Assembly: GCA_964016885.1 (NCBI GenBank)
Contig: OZ024747.1
Location: 46,686,001 to 46,750,000 of the forward strand
Length of the DNA stretch: 64,000 nt
Origin: Eledone cirrhosa
Taxonomy: Eukaryota
Reading direction: 5' to 3'
A program made the translations under genes and the position numbers. Shown in pieces: positions 54,978 to 64,000 of the stretch. Positions within the stretch are counted from its first letter, which is position 1. Each line of letters starts with the position of its first letter. The notes under the pieces were generated by a model, which worked only from the letters and a program-made list of their open reading frames with translations, was not told the origin of the DNA and did no database searches.

Positions 54978-55647
54978 GTACGCTAGTACCTATCTATGTA
55001 AACATATTTTATTGAAAACAAATTACACCTTAAATATAGTAATAAATATTTCTGAATGTGAAATATATATTTATTCTATATTGAATCACCTCATTCTAAA
55101 GATTTAGGCATGCATTTTTTATGGAACAATTTTGCACCCAATAACCTCTAAGATTGGGACAAACAAGTACTTAAGTTTCCAGCCGATATTCTACCGTAAA
55201 TATATTTTAGTCTCATTGTCTTTCTTTCATTTATATTTATTTATATTTTATTTATATATATATGTATATATTCATTTTTCCTCAATACCTTCTGAATTTC
55301 AAATATAATAATGGCCGTTTGGGAATATTCTAAATTAATGTCTTGAAGGTCACACTAAATTTCAGTTTCGATTCGGAAATCGACTATTTCCAAACGAGAT
55401 AGTTCAGTATATCCCGTCACACATTTCTCACTCAAAATGTACTGCAATGTATCGAGGTCGATATAATAAAGTACCATTCGAGAGGATCTTCGATTGAATG
55501 CATTTTTAAAGATATAGGCGGGCGCTCTGCGCTATTTTTCTGCCTCTTTTCCTATTAACCACACTACTACCCTAAGTATCGAGTACCCTGGTGCGTTATG
55601 GTACACCTGGTTCCTTACCACGCTTTCTTTGTTTATATATATATCCT

Positions 55648-55790
55648 TCATGACACACTGGAAGAGGAAGACCAAGGTTAACGTATGTTGATGCCCTAAG
55701 GACAGACACTGGTCTGTTGGAGACATGGCAGCGATAATGAGGGACAGAGGACCGCTGGAGAGAACTCGTCCATGGATCTCAGGAATTTTA
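55648..55790 (+). mobile_element. RTE-type LINE extreme 3' fragment
   Basis: GRGRPRLTYVDALRTDTGL..MAAIMRDR..WRELV. Confidence 0.65.
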
Positions 55791-56030
55791 CCCGCCCTAT
55801 ATATATATATGCATATATATATATATATATTAGAAAGTGAGGTTTTTTTACAAAATAAAAAAAAACCGAGGTGTCCTACACGAGTGAAAGTATAAGAAAA
55901 AAAGATGAAATCGAAAATGCAACTGGAATCTTTTTTTATATAAAAATATATATTTATTTGGTTCTGTTACCGGTTTCGCAGTTCTTCGGCTTTTCAAAAG
56001 TAGAATTGAGATGGAGAGTTTGTGGTTTTT

Positions 56031-56120
<90 letters not shown>

Positions 56121-56660
56121 CATTATCCCGCTCTCTTCAGATTTTGATCTTCGTATATATTATTACTATACACACATACATACGTACATACATACATATT
56201 ATACATACACACATACATACATACATACATACATACATACATACATACATACATACATACATACATACATACATACTTGAGTGTACGTGTGTTTTAGGGT
56301 TGTATTGGTAGATCGCTTCTCTACATAATTAAACAGGCATTATACTTCCGTGTCAAAGTTATGTTTCTGTACAATAGAAACGTGGAACAAGTTGGATCTG
56401 AAATAAAATGTTAAACGCTCGAATTAAACAATCAAGTCGATATATGAAATGAAGATATCATGTGAAGATGAAAGTGTGTCAAACTGCCTAATGGGTAGAC
56501 ATTGACATAGTCAATAATATATATATATATATATGTGGGGGGGGGGGAGCTATGGTGTGTCTGTGTGTGTATGTATTATGTAGATATATATGTATATATA
56601 TGTGGGTATGTCAGTCTTCATGTGTGTGTGCGTATGCATATATATATATATATATATATG

Positions 56661-56724
<64 letters not shown>

Positions 56725-56791
56725 GCATGAAAACTGACATACGCACACCACATATATACATATCTCTATAATTATACCTATATATATATGT

Positions 56792-56855
<64 letters not shown>

Positions 56856-57814
56856 ACGTGTGTGTGTGCGTTTGTGTATGTGTGCTTACGTGTGTCTACA
56901 TAGAGTAGTGAATAGGGGTGGAACGAGTGAGGTATGAAATTATAAAATTGAAAAGAGAAAATGAGAGACAGAACTAAACATAGCGGGAAGTAGAAGGAGA
57001 GCTATCCTGCAGGAAATTACTGAAACTTTGTTGTCCTAATGCTAAGATAGAAGTGGTAAGCTGCTTAAAGAACGACGGCAATTTTACAGCAATAAACTGA
57101 CTTTTGAGTGGGAATCAAAAGTTGTCACACCGGATATGAGAAGAAAGTTTCGCTGAGTGTATTTCCCGTCACTCTTATGATTGTGAGACGACCGGAAATG
57201 GATAACATAAGAAGTACTAGAAAATCTTTCACTTAGTTTTGACTGTTGATTAATGGAAGATGTTAATAGTTGAAATTTCAAGTAGAGGAGTGAGGGAAGC
57301 CTAATCGGTAAATTCGTATTCCAATTCAATACAGAATAAAAACAATGATCAGAATATTTATCAATATGAAAATAATACAAAAAATACAAATCCTAATTTC
57401 ACAGCCCAGATTTTCATTGTTATTATATTTTGGATACTTAGTTAACCCCGACTGAGCAATTATATAATGAAATTGTTCCTACCAGTGACATTCGCGATTC
57501 GTTTTCAAAGTGCACCCGAGACAACAATCTTTTATATATCTCTCTAAAAATGAATGTGTGTTAATTATGCTACGTTCGATTACAAAGTGATAAGTTTATA
57601 TATGAATTAATATATGAATTAAAAGAATTTAATGGAAAAGGAAAAAAATTGATTGAGAAGAATAGAATGTAAGATAAGAAAATATTTTTTAAAAATGGAA
57701 AAGAACGGCAAGGGCTCTAGTGTCCCAGAAGTGTGGAGAGGGGGAAGGAGAGGATGATGGGCTCTGAGCCTAGGGCGCGGCGGTAATGGACTTGCGCCCC
57801 GTGGACAAGACCGC

Positions 57815-58150
57815 AATACCGCATACGGTGGAGTTAGACAAACATTGGTCCGCTGTCAATCGCATAATAGATGCCTGCTTGATACTGACACCACATTGGG
57901 AAACTAGAAACAAATTTTTCGCAAACACCCTGGCCAAAATTTTAACTTCTAAGTTCAGCAGAAATTTTCGCTGATGTTTCCCGTTCTAGCATCGTTCTTT
58001 GGCAGCTTCACCGCTCTACATCAACATATGAGGGAATGGTACTAGTCTAATACCAGTTGCATTAGACCTAGGCTAAGAAAGGTATGAACACATTGGGTTA
58101 TTATCCATAAAGTTCTTACGGCAGACTATCCAAACCAGGGGATTTCCATC
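57815..58150 (-). pseudogene. Degenerate L1/Tx1 reverse transcriptase relic
   Basis: KSPGLDSLP*ELY, LLNLEVKILARVFAK and LHRMRY align to ORF2 of the element at 64-5585. Confidence 0.75.
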
Positions 58151-60204
58151 TCGCACAACAACTCGCTTTTAACTCTTATCGGTATTTTTTTCCTTAGCTC
58201 TACAGCATTTCTACTTGAATATCGTAGCACAATATAAGAGAATGTCTAAAACTTTGAAGTAAAAGAAAATAGTGTGTGCGTAGTTGGAATGGTTGCGCCT
58301 GTCACTGGTTTGGTATGGTAGCTATGCAGCTACCATTAAAGAATGAGAAGATGTGTTCTTTGAAGTGAACCAAAGGAACATGACATAGCATCAATGCTTA
58401 TCAGCACTGCTAAAAAAAGGAATATTATCGAACTTTGCCAAAATGATAATCACCTCAAGTGGACAGCTGATGAAAAATATATCTTGCAGTGCAAACTGTT
58501 TGTGAAACAGAGTACAGTTTGATTTAGAATCTGTTTCCCTTTAGGAGTCCTTGCATCTTCCATTTACTAACACCTGGAACAAACGGATTCCATTCTTTGA
58601 AAAACATAATTATTCTTTTGGTGTAATAAAGTAGGGATATTTTTGACAATAAGGACTATATGTTCCAGAATTTTGTCTTAAAAAAAAAACATTTGAAAGA
58701 ACTAAAGGTTATTCTACCATTTGTTTGTGTAACGCGCAGGTGTTCAGTGACATAAGCTTGTTTTTCGTCTTCCTACAAATACTGAGGTGTTAGTTTATGA
58801 TTAGATATAAAATGGATGAATATATTATTTTGTTGGTTACATAGATCAAATAAAATGTTTTACTTCCTTGAACACTTATTTTGGGAATTATTCCTTATTG
58901 ATAGAGTTCTAAACGAAATTTCCCTCCCCTCCCCCTCATTACTAGTGTTCAATTTAAACGTTTTTATTTTTTCATAGATTGCGAGGTTCTATCACTTTCT
59001 ATTACATTTATAATATATTTTATTATCGTGTTCATAATAACGGCGAAATCTATGCAAGCTTGGATATGAAACTAAAACGCATGAAATAAGGAAAATTAGT
59101 ACTGAAAATGAAATTTTCTCACATTAACTTAATTCTAAGTTCATGCGTTTTATACATAAATGTTTTAACAACATCGACACAGACATTTAATACAATATTC
59201 CAAACCAATATTAATAAAATGCCATAAAATTTTCTAATAGCTATATTACTTTTTCTATCTCTACATGAGTCCATAAATGTTTAATCATCTATTTATCACT
59301 TGAAGTGTAAAATAATATGAACACCACAGAGAAAACTTGTACACCTTGAACAACGAATAAAAGTAGTTTAATAAATCACACATGAAACACAAACAACGGC
59401 AGCTTACCAAGAATATGTTCTTACTCATTTACGAGAAAGAACAAGCCTGTTATTACCTTTCTTTGGTGCATTGAGACTATAACAGAAGTTAATATTCTAG
59501 AAACAAAGAATTTTGTAGACAACATTAAGGTTTCTGGTATTTACTTCAAATTTGTTTCAGACTAATAGGCACTGAAATTATTCGGTCACGTTAATTTCTC
59601 TGAAGTTCTAGGGTGTAGGATTTAGTACAAACGGTAGAATATTGATCAAGATAAGCTATGCTACCAAATCAGGGGCGCCACGTACCACCGTTCAGATCTC
59701 GCTGGTGTCGATAAAGGTTTTTATCATCATCGGGGTCGAAATTGAAAACAATGCTATATAATCTATCATACTCCCTTGAGCTTATACTAAACATATATGT
59801 ATTAGGGATATTACAAAGTATTTTTTTAATTATACATACAGGTGTGCAGGGTATTATTGATCTTGTTCTCGCTTATTAAGATAAGAATGCACATTAAACT
59901 ACGGTGTTGAAAATAATCTAATTTGCTGATTCATAAAAATATAACATTACTTCTTAGTGTTTTGTAAGCAGATGTGTTTCGGTAGATAAAGTAAAAGGAA
60001 TCTGCTAATAAAATAAAAGTTTGGTTCTTTTACAAATATATTTAAGTCTACACCATTCGTAAGAAAAACAGTAGCTTAGTTTTCACACATGCAATGCTTA
60101 TGGCATGTAATATATGGCTAGAAATGTGTATTTGATGATTAACGGGAATGCGGCAAAATAAGTGTAGCGATAGACAGTAATCTCAGTAGCATAATAAATA
60201 TACA

Positions 60205-60269
<65 letters not shown>

Positions 60270-60275
<6 letters not shown>

Positions 60276-60690
60276 TGTGTATCTAACGATATATGGTATG
60301 TTTACGAATAAACATTTGAAAGACTTTATCTATGAATTTTGGAAACTGATGACGTAGAGCCATCTAACGGATTCCAGCAGAATCAGCGGAAGGTAAGTGT
60401 CAACGATCGTTTCTGACTAGTCGTTATCAAGACAGTGCTTCCCTTACCATCTCTTTGACGGCTATGTAAATGGGCTGATTAGGCACATTTGCATATGAAG
60501 CTGTTGGGTGGATGAGGGGAGTATTGTCTTGTTAACGACCAGAGTCAGAAACGATTGTCAGAGTTACACGCTAGTACTTATACTGAGATCCGCTAGGTGG
60601 CGCTACATCATCAGCTTCTAAAATTCATAGCTAAAGGCTTTCAAATGTTTATTCGTAAACATATCGTATGTCGTTAGATATACAAAATAC
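60270..60690. mobile_element. Fold-back MITE-like element (~210-bp imperfect arms)
   Basis: GTATTTTGTGTATCTAACGA... pairs with ...TCGTTAGATATACAAAATAC; self-complementary to the centre near 60482; no ORF. Confidence 0.8.
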
Positions 60691-61449
60691 GCATACTTAT
60701 ATGTATACACCTATGTTAGAGCGAAACTCTTAATTTATGTTTGTGTGTTCGTGTGTTCGTGCATGTATATATATATATATATATATATTAATATTTGATG
60801 AACATTTACATGTTTTAGTTGCAATTGACTAATAAAATCGCTAGAATGAAATATCTTAATTCAACAACATAAAGTTTGCCTGTACGATCTAAAAAATAAT
60901 AAATCAATACTCACAGACTCATAGGGGCAAAAAGCCTTGGTACCTAGACACGTTTAAAATTCAAAATACAAACTTTTTCCGCAGATCGGTCAGAACTTCA
61001 AACTTCAAACATGTTTCACAAAGGATGGTATAATAGTGAAATAATTAATTAATTAGTAGTGCGTTAATCAATGTTTCTGTGTTTATCAATAGGTACCCAG
61101 ATAAATTAAATAACTTCACCTCAGAAAAATATCTAAGGTCTGGTTAGCGTAGCAGTAATAAGCTATATTACTGCAGTAATAAGCTATATTACTGCTCCCC
61201 CAGGTGAGCTGAATTTGTAATCCCATATAAACGGCTGTTATTTCTAGCACTATGTGTGCGACGTTAGAGGACTGGAATAAGCCGTGTGCAAAACCGTGTA
61301 TTTTCGTAAGATTTTGAGTTCAATTCCCGGACAAGGCGATGCGTTATGTCCTTGGACAAGACACTTTATTTCACGTTGCTCCTTCTACCTGGAGTTGCGA
61401 CCGATAGATAGTATTAACCATTGGAAATATATATATATATATATTACTG

Positions 61450-61597
<148 letters not shown>

Positions 61598-62448
61598 GAG
61601 TTTGATAAGAGAGACCATAGGTTTATCTATCATCTGCGAGTTGAACATAATTAAAACATATATACATGGTCTAGACTATTGGAAACTAGACATGTTATTA
61701 CTGAGAAAGCAAATGTATTGGTGAGTTAATTTGTCTGCAGTTGTCAGGGAGATCTTAAATAAAAGATTTAAGATTTATAACAATAGAATCCATAAGTTTT
61801 AAAATGACGTGGAGGTTGGAAAGGTGTAATTAACAGATTATAAGAAGCGGTCATAAAATGTAGCACATAACTCGGTGGCCTACTATGGCCGAGTTAAAGT
61901 GCATGCTTTTACACTCCATGGACAATGTCATTTCTATTGGTGCAAGCATCAGGGAAACTACGAAGCGACACAGCCGGAATTCAATATTTGTTTAAACAAG
62001 ATGAAAGACTTTTATTTCACCCATACGAATTTTTTAGGATTTTTTTTTAGTTCGACTGGAGAAAATGTGGACAGTAGGTAATTGACTTAATTGACTCCCG
62101 CGTTTTTCACAACGGTGATGCATTAATCCGACTAACTAGATAGACTGAATTGTACGGAAGAGACAAATCAACAATGTTGGACAGCCTGGCGGAGGGCCTT
62201 TGCCCATATGTATTCCCAGGGAATACATTCAGGCAAAGATTTGGAGAAAGAGCGTGCTACCGAGGAAGGGTGTGCACAGTATCGTCAATTTGATATGGTT
62301 ACTACGAATGAAATTATGTGTCAGACGCAACAAGATAATCATATTTGACAGTGGCAAATCAATGAAGGTGATATATTAAGTTGTCTAGTCAGATTCAGTA
62401 ATATGTTTACATGGATATGCGTGTCAAATTAACAGTAATTGTTTACCC

Positions 62449-62810
<362 letters not shown>

Positions 62811-62816
62811 ATATAT

Positions 62817-62928
<112 letters not shown>

Positions 62929-62930
62929 GC

Positions 62931-62991
<61 letters not shown>

Positions 62992-63040
62992 TGATCATAT
63001 ATATATATATATTGATATATATATATGATCATATATACTG

Positions 63041-63100
<60 letters not shown>

Positions 63101-63225
63101 CATATATATATATATATGATATATATATATATGATCATATATACTGTATATATATATATATACATATAGGAACCAGTAAGACCCCGACAGCTGAGCTCAA
63201 GCCGTTTCGACGGCTAATTCTGGAC

Positions 63226-63600
<375 letters not shown>

Positions 63601-63761
63601 CAATGATATTAAATAAATGGAAACTATACTTATAAAACCATATTTATTCTATTATATATATTTCAAGGGTACCAAAAACTTTATCATCAGATAAAATACA
63701 AAGTTTGTTTTATAAATTTTGACATAGCCAAGGAAACATACCTTATCAGTTGAAGTTTCCT

Positions 63762-63804
<43 letters not shown>

Positions 63805-63959
63805 CTCGATCACCTTGACCGACCGGTCCATCGGGCGCCAAACGGCGCCGCTGGTCACAGCACGTCGTGCTGATTTAGCCATAAGATAACGCCATTCCAG
63901 TAGCTGGGCGGACAGGCCGGTACTCATTTCTACAGCTGAGTAAAGTGGAGCAACGTGAA

Positions 63960-63997
<38 letters not shown>

Positions 63998-64000
63998 ATT

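Noticed and set aside
60345-60615. CTGATGA in both MITE arms as hammerhead cores
   Set aside because: No properly placed stem II-GAAA-stem III-UH could be folded.

Overview
AT-rich, microsatellite-saturated eukaryotic (animal) DNA. The SINE families and (TA)n/(CA)n density suggest an octopod cephalopod (inference). The window opens with a nearly full-length but disrupted L1-Tx1-type LINE (about 64-5585). It also holds relics of RTE, CRE, Tx1 and Tc1/mariner elements, two tRNA-derived SINE families, a 421-bp fold-back MITE, several satellites, and candidate exons of an unidentified minus-strand gene. The main signal is a dense population of short non-coding elements inserted in (TA)n/(CA)n tracts, each carrying a type I hammerhead ribozyme (HHR) motif. 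By hand I count about 27 motifs in about 13 sequence families, organised like Penelope-like-element pseudo-LTRs or non-LTR retrozymes (tandem and fold-back copies). One 488-nt unit starts exactly at its predicted self-cleavage site. Several families carry shared non-canonical catalytic cores (U3-A8, A4, C4, C4/U6). Unrelated families share a YYGAGTRC tail motif. All folds were read by eye; no covariance search or cleavage assay was run.
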